NCBI GenBank assembly: GCA_964592855.1
Contig: CAZQKI010000001.1
Location: 23,175-87,174, forward strand
Length of the DNA: 64,000 nt
Direction of reading: 5' to 3'
Source of the DNA: an uncultured Lentisphaerales bacterium
GTDB taxonomy: Bacteria > Verrucomicrobiota > Kiritimatiellia > RFP12 > JAAYLN01
Shown piece by piece: positions 18,518-28,340 of the stretch. The notes below the pieces were generated by a model. It had not been told where the DNA came from. It made no database searches and saw nothing but the letters and a program-made list of their open reading frames with translations. How positions within the stretch are numbered: the first letter of the stretch is position 1; every line of letters begins with the position of its first letter. The translations under genes were made by a program, and so were the position numbers.

Positions 18518-20131
18518 ATGGCGTATGAAGTTCTAGCGCGCAAGTGGCGGCCTCGGCAGTTTGTCGATGTCATCGGCCAGGAGCATGTAACCCGCACCCT
18601 CGAGCACGCCATCGCGAGCGGGCGCGTGGCGCATGCCTACCTGTTCGTCGGACCGCGCGGCATCGGCAAGACCACGCTTTCCCGTCTCTTTGCCAAGGCG
18701 CTGAATTGCGTGAAGGGACCGACGGCCAACCCCTGCGACGAATGTGATCTGTGCCGCGAGATCATGGGCGGCAACTCGCTGGATGTCATCGAAATCGACG
18801 GCGCATCCAACAATGGCGTGGACAACATCCGCGAGTTGCGCGACGCCGTTCAGTTCGCCCCCGCCCGCGCACGCTTCAAGATCTTCATCATCGACGAAGT
18901 CCACATGCTCTCCACGGGGGCCTTCAATGCGCTGCTGAAGACCCTCGAGGAACCGCCGCCCCACGCGAAGTTCATCCTGGCGACAACGGAGGTGGACAAG
19001 CTCCCCGCCACGATCATTTCGCGCTGCCAGCGGTTTGATCTGCGCCGCATCCCCACCGCGCTGATTGTCGAGACCCTGCGCCGCATCGCGACCAGCGAGC
19101 AGGTGGCGGCCGATACCGATGCCCTCCTGGCCATCGCCCGCGGCGCGGAAGGCGGCATGCGCGACGCCTTGTCCGCGCTGGATCAGATCATCTCCTTCAA
19201 GGGTTCGCCCGTCACGGAGGCCGATGTCTTAGCCATCTTCGGCCTGGTCTCCCGCGAAAACCTCGAACGACTCGCCACGGCCATTCTGAAGGGCGACATG
19301 GGCGGCGGACTTCAGATCATCGACGAACTGGACCGCGGCGGCAAGGATCTGCGCCGGTTGGTGCTGGAGTTGCTGGAACATTTCCGGAACCTGCTGGTGC
19401 TCCAGCACCTGGGCGACAAGACGGCGGCTTTGGATGTGACCCCCGAGCAGCTGGCGGCACTCGACATGCAGGCCAGTCTAGCGGACAGCGGGCGCGTGCT
19501 GCGCGTGGCCGAGCATCTCGCCGAACTGGAGGGACGCATCCGTCACGCGCTCTCGCGGCGAACCTTGTTCGAAACGGTTTTTGTCCGCTGCTGCCGGGCG
19601 ACGACGGTATCGACCATCGACCAGTTGATCCGTCAGCTTGCCGCCCTGCAGGGCGAAACCCCCGCCGCCATGGGTTCGGCCCCGTCCCCGGTCGACGCTC
19701 CCGCGCCCGCGCCTGCTGCGGCGCCGGCGGTCGCTCAAAGTACCGCTCCGGTCCCGGCCCCCGCCCGGGCCCCCGCCGCCATGGGTTCGGCCCCGTCCCC
19801 GGTCCATGCTCCCGCGCCCGCGCCTGCTGCGGCGCCGGCGGTCGCTCAAAGTCCCGCTCCGGCCCCGGCCCCCGCCCGGGCCCCCGCCGCTGGTTCGCTG
19901 CCTGCGGCCGTTTCCACGGTTTCGGCGGCACCGGTGGTCGCACGTGTTCCCGCTCCGGCTCCGGTTCCACCCCCTCCCAAGCCCGTTGTGGCGCCCCCGG
20001 CGCCCAAGCCGCCGCCCACCGTCTCCAAGCCTGCTTCGGCGAAGCGCGATCCGCTGGAGGACAAGGGCGTCAAGGCGGCCGTCGATCTTTTCAATGGACA
20101 AGTTGTCCGGGTCGAGGAAGCCCCGGCATGA
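18518..20131 (+). CDS. dnaX: DNA polymerase III subunit gamma/tau
   Basis: AAA+ clamp-loader motifs (GPRGIGKTT Walker A, DEVHML Walker B, SRC-motif region), a Cys4 zinc module (CVKGPTANPCDECDLC), then a Pro/Ala-rich C-terminal linker. Conserved synteny dnaX-ybaB-recR. Confidence 0.9.
   Translation: MAYEVLARKWRPRQFVDVIGQEHVTRTLEHAIASGRVAHAYLFVGPRGIGKTTLSRLFAKALNCVKGPTANPCDECDLCREIMGGNSLDVIEIDGASNNGVDNIRELRDAVQFAPARARFKIFIIDEVHMLSTGAFNALLKTLEEPPPHAKFILATTEVDKLPATIISRCQRFDLRRIPTALIVETLRRIATSEQVAADTDALLAIARGAEGGMRDALSALDQIISFKGSPVTEADVLAIFGLVSRENLERLATAILKGDMGGGLQIIDELDRGGKDLRRLVLELLEHFRNLLVLQHLGDKTAALDVTPEQLAALDMQASLADSGRVLRVAEHLAELEGRIRHALSRRTLFETVFVRCCRATTVSTIDQLIRQLAALQGETPAAMGSAPSPVDAPAPAPAAAPAVAQSTAPVPAPARAPAAMGSAPSPVHAPAPAPAAAPAVAQSPAPAPAPARAPAAGSLPAAVSTVSAAPVVARVPAPAPVPPPPKPVVAPPAPKPPPTVSKPASAKRDPLEDKGVKAAVDLFNGQVVRVEEAPA
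19668..19889 (+). repeat. Near-perfect 111-bp tandem duplication (x2) inside the dnaX Pro/Ala-rich linker
   Basis: gccatgggttcggccccgtccccggtc...gcccgggcccccgcc occurs twice back to back (19668-19778 and 19779-19889) with about 3 mismatches. Encodes AAMGSAPSPV(D/H)APAPAPAAAPAVAQS(T/P)AP(V/A)PAPARAP x2. Confidence 0.8.
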
Positions 20132-20186
20132 CGTTCCGCGGCGCTGACCCTATTTATCACAACCCCCTCAGCTCAGGAGAATTGAC

Positions 20187-20510
20187 ATGGCGAATATGTT
20201 TGACCAGGTGAAGCAGGCGATGCAGATGCGCAAGGAGGCGAAGCGCATGCAGGCCGAGATCGAGAAGATTACATGCGAATATGCCAACGGCGGCATCTCG
20301 GTTGTCGTGCGCGGCGACTTCACGGTCGTTTCGGTCAAGGTGGCCCCCGAGGCCCTGACGGAAGTGATCGCCGGCAAGTCCGACCGGTTTGAAACGATGC
20401 TCTTGAACGTGGTCAACGGCGCCATGAAGTCGGTGAAGCAGAAGACCCAGGAGCACATGGCCAAGCTGATGAAAGGTTCCGACCTCGCTTCCATGCTGGG
20501 CGGCGGCTGA
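20187..20510 (+). CDS. ybaB: Nucleoid-associated protein YbaB/EbfC
   Basis: 107 aa; typical YbaB sequence and its position between dnaX and recR. Confidence 0.9.
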   Translation: MANMFDQVKQAMQMRKEAKRMQAEIEKITCEYANGGISVVVRGDFTVVSVKVAPEALTEVIAGKSDRFETMLLNVVNGAMKSVKQKTQEHMAKLMKGSDLASMLGGG

Positions 20511-20523
20511 GGTTGCGCTCTGG

Positions 20524-21123
20524 ATGGATGCGCCGCTGGACAATCTCATTCGCGTGCTGGCGCGCCTGCCCGGACTGGGCCGGCGTTCGGCGGAGCGCGC
20601 GGCGTTGGCGCTGGTGCGTCGCCCGGACGGGTTGATGCAGGAGCTGCAGTCCGCCCTGGAACAAGCACGCGCGACGGTCTGCTGCTGCAGCGTCTGTGGC
20701 GGCTTCACGGTGCGGGCGGCCAATCCCTGCCCGCTCTGCACGGATCTCCGGCGGGATGCGACGATCCTCTGCGTCGTCGAGGAGCCGGGCGACATCCTGG
20801 CCATCGAGCGCGCCGGCGTCTATACCGGCCGCTACCACGCGCTGCACGGCAAGGTCTCCGCCGCGCGGGCGACGGGTCCTGGAGATTTGCGGCTGAAGGC
20901 GCTGGTCGAGCGTCTGTCGGGCGATGCGGTGCGGGAGGTCGTCCTGGCGCTGAGCACCGACCTGGAAGGCGATGCCACCGCGGCGTATGTCCGCGAACTG
21001 CTCCGGGCGACGCCGGGCATTCGCGTCACCCGGCTGGCCTTCGGGCTCCCCGTCGACAGCGGGGTCGGGTATTCCGATCCGCTGACCCTCAAACGCGCCC
21101 TCGGCGGCCGCCAGGACGCGTAA
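20524..21123 (+). CDS. recR: Recombination protein RecR
   Basis: 199 aa; HhH motif, C4 zinc finger (CSVCGGFTVRAANPCPLC) and Toprim domain. Confidence 0.9.
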   Translation: MDAPLDNLIRVLARLPGLGRRSAERAALALVRRPDGLMQELQSALEQARATVCCCSVCGGFTVRAANPCPLCTDLRRDATILCVVEEPGDILAIERAGVYTGRYHALHGKVSAARATGPGDLRLKALVERLSGDAVREVVLALSTDLEGDATAAYVRELLRATPGIRVTRLAFGLPVDSGVGYSDPLTLKRALGGRQDA

Positions 21124-21146
21124 TTCGAAACAACAAGGACTCCACG

Positions 21147-22145
21147 ATGATCTATCAAGCCAATCCCGAACGTTACAACGCCGCCATGACCTACAACCGG
21201 TGCGGACGCAGCGGACTGCTGCTGCCCAGGCTGTCGTTGGGCCTCTGGCATAATTTCGGGGGGATCGACGCCTTCGAAAATGGGCGTGCAATGCTGCGAC
21301 GGGCCTTTGATCTCGGCATCACCCACTTCGACCTGGCGAACAACTATGGTCCGCCCCCGGGGTCCGCCGAGGAGAATTTCGGCGCCATCCTGCGCAAGGA
21401 TCTCGCGGTGTACCGCGACGAACTGGTCATCTCGACCAAGGCCGGGCACAAGATGTGGAACGGTCCCTACGGCGAGTGGGGCAGCCGCAAGTATCTGCTG
21501 GCCAGTCTGGAGCAGAGTCTCAAGCGCATAGGGCTGGACCATGTGGACATCTTCTATTCGCATCGTCCCGACCCCAAGACGCCGTTGGAGGAGACGATGG
21601 GCGCGCTGGATACCGCCGTCCGCCAGGGCAAGGCCATCTACGCCGGCATCTCCGCCTACAGTCCCGAGCAGACGCGCGAGGCCGCGCGCATTCTGCGGGC
21701 GCTCGGAACGCCCTGTCTTATCCATCAGCCCAGCTATTCGATGCTGAACCGCAAGGTCGAGGAGCTTGGTCTGCTGGATGTGCTGGAGGAGGCGGGGATG
21801 GGGGCGATCGCCTTCTGTCCGCTGGCGCAGGGCGTTTTGACCAGCCGCTATTTAAACGACATTCCCGCCGATTCGCGGGCCGGCAAGCCCGGGACGTTCC
21901 TGAAGCGCGAGGCCTTGACGCCGGAGCTGCTCGGGAAAGTCAAGGGGCTCAATGCTGTCGCCCAGGCGCGCGGGCAGACGCTGGCGCAACTGGCGTTGAC
22001 GTGGGTGCTGCGCGATGCCCGCGTGACCTCGGCGCTGATCGGTGCCAGCCGTGTCTCGCAGATCGACGAGAACGTGGCGGGTTTGGCCTGTGCGCCGCTC
22101 GGCGCGGAAGAGATCCAGGCCATCGACGCGATTCTCAAAGGCTGA
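21147..22145 (+). CDS. Aldo/keto reductase (Kv-beta / YghZ-like)
   Basis: 332 aa; AKR motifs (..FDLANNYG.., ..ISTKAG.., ..IDIFYSHRPDP..). Confidence 0.85.
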   Translation: MIYQANPERYNAAMTYNRCGRSGLLLPRLSLGLWHNFGGIDAFENGRAMLRRAFDLGITHFDLANNYGPPPGSAEENFGAILRKDLAVYRDELVISTKAGHKMWNGPYGEWGSRKYLLASLEQSLKRIGLDHVDIFYSHRPDPKTPLEETMGALDTAVRQGKAIYAGISAYSPEQTREAARILRALGTPCLIHQPSYSMLNRKVEELGLLDVLEEAGMGAIAFCPLAQGVLTSRYLNDIPADSRAGKPGTFLKREALTPELLGKVKGLNAVAQARGQTLAQLALTWVLRDARVTSALIGASRVSQIDENVAGLACAPLGAEEIQAIDAILKG

Positions 22146-23901
22146 TGCTGTTGAACACGGGGGCCAGGGCACCCGTGTTGTCCTTGTGTTCGCGAAAGCG
22201 CTCGGCGTTCTGCGCCTGCAGGGCGAGCATGCAGAAGATCGCGTGCTCGGCGGCGGTCCGGGCGTCCGGGAGCCAGCGGAGTTGTTCCGCGGCATCCAGC
22301 TTGTCGATCATGAATGAAACCGGGCGGCTGCTGCCATCGTTCGCGATGAATGCCGCCTGCAGTTCGCCGTCGGCAATGGCCTTGGGGATGATCTTGCGAT
22401 CATGTCCGAGATAGCGGATGACGATCTCCTTGCCGATCTGAGACTGGAGTCCCTTTTCAACAGCGCTCAAGGGTGTGGGCAGCGTGTTCAATGCGGTGCG
22501 GATCGCCTCGAGTTCGGCCGAGGGACGAGGGGCGGCTTTGGCCAGTTCCGTCATTTTCCGGCGGGCTTCCGTGATGTCGCCGGCGCCCAGCGCCGTCGCG
22601 ATATCCGCCAGCATCGGGTTGGACAGCGGGGAGCGTGTATCCGCTTGGGAAGAGGCATCCGACAGGGACGATCCCTCCTGAGTCGGTGTGGCCGAGGCGG
22701 GACTCGCCACGGGTGCGGCTGCCGCACCGGTTCGCGGTTGCAGCGCGGTCCGTGCACGCTGGGGTGCCCGTTGCGCCGGGGATGAAGCTGCCGGGGCGGT
22801 GCTGAACAGCGCCGGTAGTCGGATCGGGACCAAAAGTACGGCTGGCAGCCCCATCGGGTTGTTCAGCCGCCCGTTGGCCAGCCAGGTAAACCAGAGCATC
22901 AGCAGAAGCCAGAGGACAAAGTGGTCCTTCCCGCGCACGTTCTCCGCGCGGGGTCCCGGGCCCGCCGGCGGCAGCGCGGTCGGCGGATCACCGGCGCGCG
23001 GTTGCGCCAGCTTGAGGCCTCCCGCATACGCCGCGATCGTGCTGGCGGCGTGTTTTGGCGCATGGCCGGGCAGGTCCTTGTTGGCCAGCAGACGCTTGAT
23101 ATCCTTGGTCACCGCGGACCAGTCGGCATAGCGATCCTTGGGCAGCTTCATCATCAGGCGCGTGATCAGGTGGCAGACGGCATGCGGCAGCTGGTTGTTC
23201 ATGGTGCGCGGATGCGGGATCTGACCCGACACCTGCTGCTTGAGAATCTCGTTCTGGTCCATCCCTTCAAAGGGCGACTTGGCCGTCACCAGAAAATAGA
23301 GGATCGTTCCCAGCGCGTACATGTCGGAGCGGGTGTCGATCACGGGGGCCGCGCGCGCCTGCTCGGGCGAGATGTAGTGCGGCGTTCCAACGACGCTGCC
23401 GTGGTCGATGCGGGTCAGGTCGAAGCCGGGCACCATCTGCACGGCGAGCCCGAATTCGGAAATTTTCAGGATGCCCTGGGCATTGGCGCGGAGATTCTGG
23501 GGCTTCAGGTTCCGGAAGACGATCTGCGACTGCGCCCAGGCATAGTCCAGGGCTTCCGCCAGTTGTTGCACGAGGCGCAGCGCCTGCGTGGCCTTCAGGG
23601 GACCCGTTCCTGCGACCATTTCGGACAGCGAGGCGCCTTCAACATGTTCCATGACGACATACGTGCACGAAGCTTCCGTCACAATGTCGAAGGTCTGTGC
23701 GATGCTCGGGTGGCTCATTTTCGCGAGCGTCCGCGAAATGGACAGAAAGTGTTCGGTCTGTTCCGGAGGTGCGTCGTGCTGCAGGATCTTGACGTCGACT
23801 TCGCGCTGCAGCGATTCCTGAATGGCCTTCCATGTGGTGAACGTGCCGCCGCGGTTGAGGAGCGCCGTGCACTGCAGACCGGGAATTTCAGGCAGGTTCA
23901 T
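22135..23901 (-). CDS. Serine/threonine protein kinase with a transmembrane segment and a C-terminal extracytoplasmic domain
   Basis: Hanks-type kinase subdomains (..VDVKILQ.., HRNLKPQNL, ..ISEFGLA.., ..GTPHYISPEQ..); hydrophobic helix (FVLWLLLMLWFTWLA); about 230-aa C-terminal domain. Confidence 0.8.
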   Translation of the reverse strand: MNLPEIPGLQCTALLNRGGTFTTWKAIQESLQREVDVKILQHDAPPEQTEHFLSISRTLAKMSHPSIAQTFDIVTEASCTYVVMEHVEGASLSEMVAGTGPLKATQALRLVQQLAEALDYAWAQSQIVFRNLKPQNLRANAQGILKISEFGLAVQMVPGFDLTRIDHGSVVGTPHYISPEQARAAPVIDTRSDMYALGTILYFLVTAKSPFEGMDQNEILKQQVSGQIPHPRTMNNQLPHAVCHLITRLMMKLPKDRYADWSAVTKDIKRLLANKDLPGHAPKHAASTIAAYAGGLKLAQPRAGDPPTALPPAGPGPRAENVRGKDHFVLWLLLMLWFTWLANGRLNNPMGLPAVLLVPIRLPALFSTAPAASSPAQRAPQRARTALQPRTGAAAAPVASPASATPTQEGSSLSDASSQADTRSPLSNPMLADIATALGAGDITEARRKMTELAKAAPRPSAELEAIRTALNTLPTPLSAVEKGLQSQIGKEIVIRYLGHDRKIIPKAIADGELQAAFIANDGSSRPVSFMIDKLDAAEQLRWLPDARTAAEHAIFCMLALQAQNAERFREHKDNTGALAPVFNSISL

Positions 23902-23913
23902 GCGGTCGGTTTC

Positions 23914-24591
23914 CTAGTTGCCGAATTTGCAGACGGTGCAGTTCCGGCAATCGATCTGGAGCGGCGGGGGGAGGGCCTTGCCCGAGCGAACGGCGGCGCG
24001 CGCCTGCAGGTGATTCATCAGCCCCAGCAGGCAGCCCAGCGTGATGAACCCGCCTGCGGGGAGGATGAAGAGAATCATGTTGGCGTTGAGCGGGACGCTG
24101 AACTTGAGGGCGCCCCAGACCGTCAGCGTGCTCATGCCCAGGATCTCGCGGATGGCGGCGATCAGGGAGAGGGCCAGCGTAAAGCCGATGCCCATGCCGA
24201 TGCCGTCGGCGCAGCTCTGCATCACCGGGTTCTTGCTGGCGAAGGATTCCGCGCGGGCAAAGATGATGCAGTTGACGACGATGAGCGGGATGAAGATGCC
24301 GAGCCGCTCCGAGAGCGCCGGGGTGTAGGCCTGCATCAGCAGGTCGACGATGGTCACAAACGTCGAGATGATGACGACGAAGCAGGGAATGCGGATGGCG
24401 GAGGGAATCACCCGCCGGACGGCCGCGATGGCCATGTTGGACCCGCAGAGGACGAAGGTCGTGGCGGCGCCCATGCCGATGGCGTTCTCCAGCGACGTGG
24501 TCGTGGCCAGGGTGGGGCACATCCCCAGCACCAGGCGGAAGGTGGGATTTTCGCGGACAATGCCGCGGGTGAGATTCGTGTACAGGCTCAT
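23914..24591 (-). CDS. rnfE: Rnf electron-transport complex subunit E
   Basis: RnfA/E-family membrane protein (MSLYTNLTRGIVRENPTFRLVLGMCPTLA...). Its ATG overlaps the rnfG stop (ATGA). Last gene of the rnfABCDGE operon. Confidence 0.85.
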   Translation of the reverse strand: MSLYTNLTRGIVRENPTFRLVLGMCPTLATTTSLENAIGMGAATTFVLCGSNMAIAAVRRVIPSAIRIPCFVVIISTFVTIVDLLMQAYTPALSERLGIFIPLIVVNCIIFARAESFASKNPVMQSCADGIGMGIGFTLALSLIAAIREILGMSTLTVWGALKFSVPLNANMILFILPAGGFITLGCLLGLMNHLQARAAVRSGKALPPPLQIDCRNCTVCKFGN

Positions 24592-25193
24592 GGCGTGGCA
24601 GTCGCTCCCGGAGATTCCTTGAGGGTGTTGAATTGCGTCACGGCATCGCGGATGGCCTCCAGCGCCGCCCGCGACGAGATGGTCGCGGCGGTAATGGCAT
24701 CGACCTCGCCGGCGTCCTTCTTGACGAACCATTTGGTGCCGGCGGGACGTCCGCAGATTCCCGCCCGGAAGCCGGGTGAATCGATCTTGGAGCCGAGACC
24801 GGGGGTCTCCTGGGCCTCCAGGACGGCGAAGTTGAGGAGAGTGCCGTCGGCGGCGAAGCCGACCATGAGCGTGATGTCGCCGCCGTAGCCGTTGGCCGAG
24901 CGGCCCTTGACGGCTGCGGCGACGAGGTTGCCGTACGCGTCCAGCGACACGAAGTGGACCGCCTCGCCGACGGTTCGCTTTTCGGGGGCCGGCGCGTCGG
25001 CGGGGAGAACCTTGCGGACCGCGGCGTTCTCCTTTTCGGCCTTGGAGACCGCGATGGGCGCCTGGGTGACGGAGTTGACGCCGGCCAGCAGGGCCACGCA
25101 GACGGCGCAGATGAACGTCAGGATGAAGACCAGCTTGATGATTTCTCTCATAGGACGTTCAGCTCCCTCGCGAAGGTTGTGGCCGTTGGCCAA
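24588..25193 (-). CDS. rnfG: Rnf complex subunit G (FMN-binding)
   Basis: About 200 aa; N-terminal TM helix then an FMN-binding domain (..GYGGDITLMVGF..DGTL.., ..VDAITAATISS..). The true start may be the internal MREIIKL at about 25151. Confidence 0.8.
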   Translation of the reverse strand: MANGHNLREGAERPMREIIKLVFILTFICAVCVALLAGVNSVTQAPIAVSKAEKENAAVRKVLPADAPAPEKRTVGEAVHFVSLDAYGNLVAAAVKGRSANGYGGDITLMVGFAADGTLLNFAVLEAQETPGLGSKIDSPGFRAGICGRPAGTKWFVKKDAGEVDAITAATISSRAALEAIRDAVTQFNTLKESPGATATP

Positions 25194-26178
25194 ACACCCG
25201 GTTGCGGGTGGCGCGGTTGATGAGCGGCGTGAAGGCGTTCATGATGAGGATGGCGAAGCTGACGCCTTCGGGGTAGGCGCCCGACTTCACCGTGCGGAGC
25301 ACCATCGTCAGAACGCCGCAGCCGATGCCGAAGAGGATGCGGCCGCGCGGCGTGGTCGGCGTGGTGACCATGTCGGTCGCCATGAAGCAGGCGCCCAGCA
25401 TGAGGCCACCGGTCAGCAGGTGGAAATGCACGGGCATCGAGGCCGCCGGCGCGAAGAAGTGGAGCACGGCGGCGTAGAGGGCGGCCGTTGCCACGTAGGC
25501 CACGGGCGTGTGCCAGGCGATGACGCGACGGTGGAGCAGGTAGAGCGCGCCCAGCAGGATGGCGATGGCCGAGGTCTCCCCGATGCAGCCGTTCATGTTG
25601 CCGACGAAAAAGTCGACGCTGCGCGCGGCGTCCATGACCATCGGCGCCGGGGCGCCGGCCTTGAAGGCCTCCTTGACCATGCCAAGCGGCGTCGCGTGGG
25701 TCGTGGCGTCGATGAGCGAGACGCTCCAGGTCGTCATGGGCCCCGTGAAGCAGATCAGCAGGAAAGCCCGCCCGATGAGGGCCGGGTTGAAGGGGTTGTA
25801 GCCGAGGCCGCCGAAGACCTGCTTGGCGAGGCCGATCGCGAAGAGGCTGCCGACGGCGGCCATCCAGCTGGGCAGGGCGGGTGGGAGGTTGAAGGCCAGC
25901 AGGAGTCCCGTGACGATGGCGCTGTAGTCGCCCAGGCTGTTCCCGCGCCGCATGAGCCGGCGGCAGATCCATTCGGCGGCCATGCAGGCGACCACGCAGA
26001 CGACGATGAGCCGGGCCGCGTTCCAGCCGAAGAAGTAGAGGGCTGCGGCCGTGGCCGGAATCAGCGCGATCAGCACGTCCAGCATGATGCGCGCGACGCT
26101 GGCGCCGGAATGGATGTGCGGCGATGATCCCACCACCAGGGGACGCTCGGGCGGGGTTGGCTGTGTTTCCGTGTTCAA
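25159..26178 (-). CDS. rnfD: Rnf complex subunit D (NqrB/RnfD family)
   Basis: 339-aa polytopic membrane protein with NqrB/RnfD-family pattern (..SPHIHSG.., ..MLDVLIALIPA..). Confidence 0.85.
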   Translation of the reverse strand: MNTETQPTPPERPLVVGSSPHIHSGASVARIMLDVLIALIPATAAALYFFGWNAARLIVVCVVACMAAEWICRRLMRRGNSLGDYSAIVTGLLLAFNLPPALPSWMAAVGSLFAIGLAKQVFGGLGYNPFNPALIGRAFLLICFTGPMTTWSVSLIDATTHATPLGMVKEAFKAGAPAPMVMDAARSVDFFVGNMNGCIGETSAIAILLGALYLLHRRVIAWHTPVAYVATAALYAAVLHFFAPAASMPVHFHLLTGGLMLGACFMATDMVTTPTTPRGRILFGIGCGVLTMVLRTVKSGAYPEGVSFAILIMNAFTPLINRATRNRVFGQRPQPSRGS

Positions 26179-26190
26179 AGATTTCTCCCG

Positions 26191-27543
26191 TTACTTCTTC
26201 TGCTGCGCGGCGCGGCGGCGTTGCGTGATGATCGCCTTCGCGCGGCGCATGTGCTGCACCAGCGGGCGGTGGGCGGGACAAAGGTAGGCGCAGGCGCCGC
26301 ATTCGAAGCAGTCCATCACGTTGCGCCGCTCCGCCTCCTCGATGTCGTCGGCCTCGATGGCCTGGCTGAGTTCGGTCGGCATCAGCCGCAGGGGGCAGGC
26401 GTCGACGCAGCGGCCGCAGTTGATGCAGGCGTGCGAACACCAGGTGGCGATGCGCGCGGCCGAGAGCAGCAGCAGGCCGGAAGAGGTCTTGCTGATGGGA
26501 ATGTCGAGCGAGGGCTGCGCAAAGCCCATCATGGGACCGCCGGCCACGATTTTGGCGAGTTCCCCCCGGATCCCGCCCGAGGCCGCCACGAGATCGGCAA
26601 AGGTCGCGCCGACGGGGGCGATCCAGTTGGCCGGCGCGTTCACGGCGTCGCCGGAGACCGTGATGGCCCGCGTGGTCAGCGGCCGGCCGTTGACCACGGC
26701 ATCCCAGATGGCGTAAGCCGTGCCGGCATTCTCGACCACGCAGCCGACATCCATTGGCAGCCCGCCCATCGGGACGGTGCGCCCGGTGACCGAGAAAATT
26801 TGCTGTTTTTCGCTGCCCTGGGGGTAGAGCGTCTTCAGGATGTGAAGCTGCGTGTCGCCAGCCGCGTCCTTCAGGGCGGCGAACATCGCGGCGCCGGCCT
26901 GCGGCTTGTTATCCTCGATGGCAATGCACAGGGTCTTGGCACCGAGAATCTTCCGGATGATCTCGCACCCCTCGCGGATTTCGGCGGCATGCTCGATCAT
27001 CAGCCGGTTGTCTCCGTTCAGGTAGGGCTCGCATTCGGCGCCGTTGAGGATGACGGTGTCGATCGGCTTGTCGCTGGGCGGCGAGAGTTTGACCTGAGTC
27101 GGAAAGCCGGCCCCGCCCATGCCCACGATGCCCATCTCGGCGATGCGAGCCACCAGCGTCTTGGCATCCTGGGTGCGCCAGTCCGGCATCGGCTTGCAGG
27201 TCTCGTCGCGCGCGGTCTCGTCACGGTTGGTCTCGATGACGATGGCCGGCGCATCGCGTCCGGTCGGCGTCGGCGCCGCCTGGATCGCCACGACGGTGCC
27301 CGACGCGGGCGCGTGGACCGTGGCCGAGATGAAGCCGTTGGCCTTGGCGATCAACTGACCGGCAAGCACGCGGTCGCCAGGTTGCACGCACGGTGTGGCG
27401 GGGGCGCCCAGATGCTGCAGCGTCGAGATGACGAGGCGCGCGGGGACGGGGAGCGGGCGCAGCGGGGTGTCCGCCGTCGCCTGCTTGAACCCGGGCGGGT
27501 GGGTGCCGCCTTTGAAGGCGAAGAGTGCCGCAGAGACTTTCAT
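26191..27543 (-). CDS. rnfC: Rnf complex subunit C (NADH-binding, 2x[4Fe-4S])
   Basis: 450 aa; RnfC N-terminal barrel-sandwich region and a C-terminal tandem ferredoxin motif (CINCGRCVDACP ... CFECGACAYLCP). Confidence 0.9.
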   Translation of the reverse strand: MKVSAALFAFKGGTHPPGFKQATADTPLRPLPVPARLVISTLQHLGAPATPCVQPGDRVLAGQLIAKANGFISATVHAPASGTVVAIQAAPTPTGRDAPAIVIETNRDETARDETCKPMPDWRTQDAKTLVARIAEMGIVGMGGAGFPTQVKLSPPSDKPIDTVILNGAECEPYLNGDNRLMIEHAAEIREGCEIIRKILGAKTLCIAIEDNKPQAGAAMFAALKDAAGDTQLHILKTLYPQGSEKQQIFSVTGRTVPMGGLPMDVGCVVENAGTAYAIWDAVVNGRPLTTRAITVSGDAVNAPANWIAPVGATFADLVAASGGIRGELAKIVAGGPMMGFAQPSLDIPISKTSSGLLLLSAARIATWCSHACINCGRCVDACPLRLMPTELSQAIEADDIEEAERRNVMDCFECGACAYLCPAHRPLVQHMRRAKAIITQRRRAAQQKK

Positions 27544-27544
27544 G

Positions 27545-28333
27545 CTAGACCTTGTGAATGCATTTCCCGGGACATTTCCCGATGACGGCTTCGTTTTCCA
27601 GCGGCAGGTCGTAGTTCACGACCGCCAGTGCGCCGTCCATGGCAATGGCGCCATCCGAGAGCTTCATGCAGATGCGGCAACCGATGCAGCCGACGCTGCA
27701 GAGCTTCCGGACGACTGCGCCCGGATCCTTCGAACTGCAGAGGACATGGATGGTGCGGCTCGTGGGAACCATGCGGATCACGCGCCGCGGGCAGTTGGCG
27801 ACGCACTTGCCGCAGCTGATGCAGCGGTCGGGATGAATGCGCGCGATGCCGTCCTGGATGGCGATGGCGTTGACGGGGCAGATGCGGACGCACGAGCCGT
27901 AGCCCAGGCAGCCGTAGCTGCAGGCCTTGTCGCCGCCGCCCACGGATGCGGCTGCGGCGCAGTCGATCAGCCCGTCGTAAGCGAAGCGCTTGCGCGCCTG
28001 GGTGTCGGTCCCCCCGCAGAGGACTATGGCCACCTGGCGATCGGCCGCGGCAACGGCGGCAATGCCGAGCACGCCTGCGATCTTTGCCGATGCGTCCGAC
28101 GCACAGGAGGGACAGCGGCCCGCCGGCGCCGAGCCGGCGACGAGGGCCACGGCGTAGCCGGCGCAGCCGGCAAAGCCGCAGGCGCCGCAGTTGGCCCCCG
28201 GCAGCAGCTGCATCACGGTTTCGACGCGCGGATCCTCCGGCACGCAGAAATATTTGTCTCCGAAGGCCAGGGCCAGTCCGCAGACCAGGCCGATGGCCGC
28301 GATCGAAAAAATGGCGATAAGTATCAGTTCCAT
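27545..28333 (-). CDS. rnfB: Rnf complex subunit B (polyferredoxin)
   Basis: 262 aa; N-terminal TM helix, CGACGFAGC cluster and multiple CxxCxxCxxxCP ferredoxin motifs. Confidence 0.85.
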   Translation of the reverse strand: MELILIAIFSIAAIGLVCGLALAFGDKYFCVPEDPRVETVMQLLPGANCGACGFAGCAGYAVALVAGSAPAGRCPSCASDASAKIAGVLGIAAVAAADRQVAIVLCGGTDTQARKRFAYDGLIDCAAAASVGGGDKACSYGCLGYGSCVRICPVNAIAIQDGIARIHPDRCISCGKCVANCPRRVIRMVPTSRTIHVLCSSKDPGAVVRKLCSVGCIGCRICMKLSDGAIAMDGALAVVNYDLPLENEAVIGKCPGKCIHKV

Positions 28334-28340
28334 GGCGTGC

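Noticed and set aside
19668-19889. Possible CRISPR-like repeat array
   Set aside because: There are only two long (111-bp) units, with no spacer structure, and they lie inside the dnaX coding sequence. This is a coding tandem duplication. No CRISPR arrays are present in the window.
19317-20101. Pro/Arg/Gly-rich minus-strand ORFs (217 and 207 aa) overlapping the dnaX linker repeat
   Set aside because: They are antisense artefacts of the Ala/Pro-rich, GC-rich tandem repeat in dnaX, not CRISPR or independent genes.
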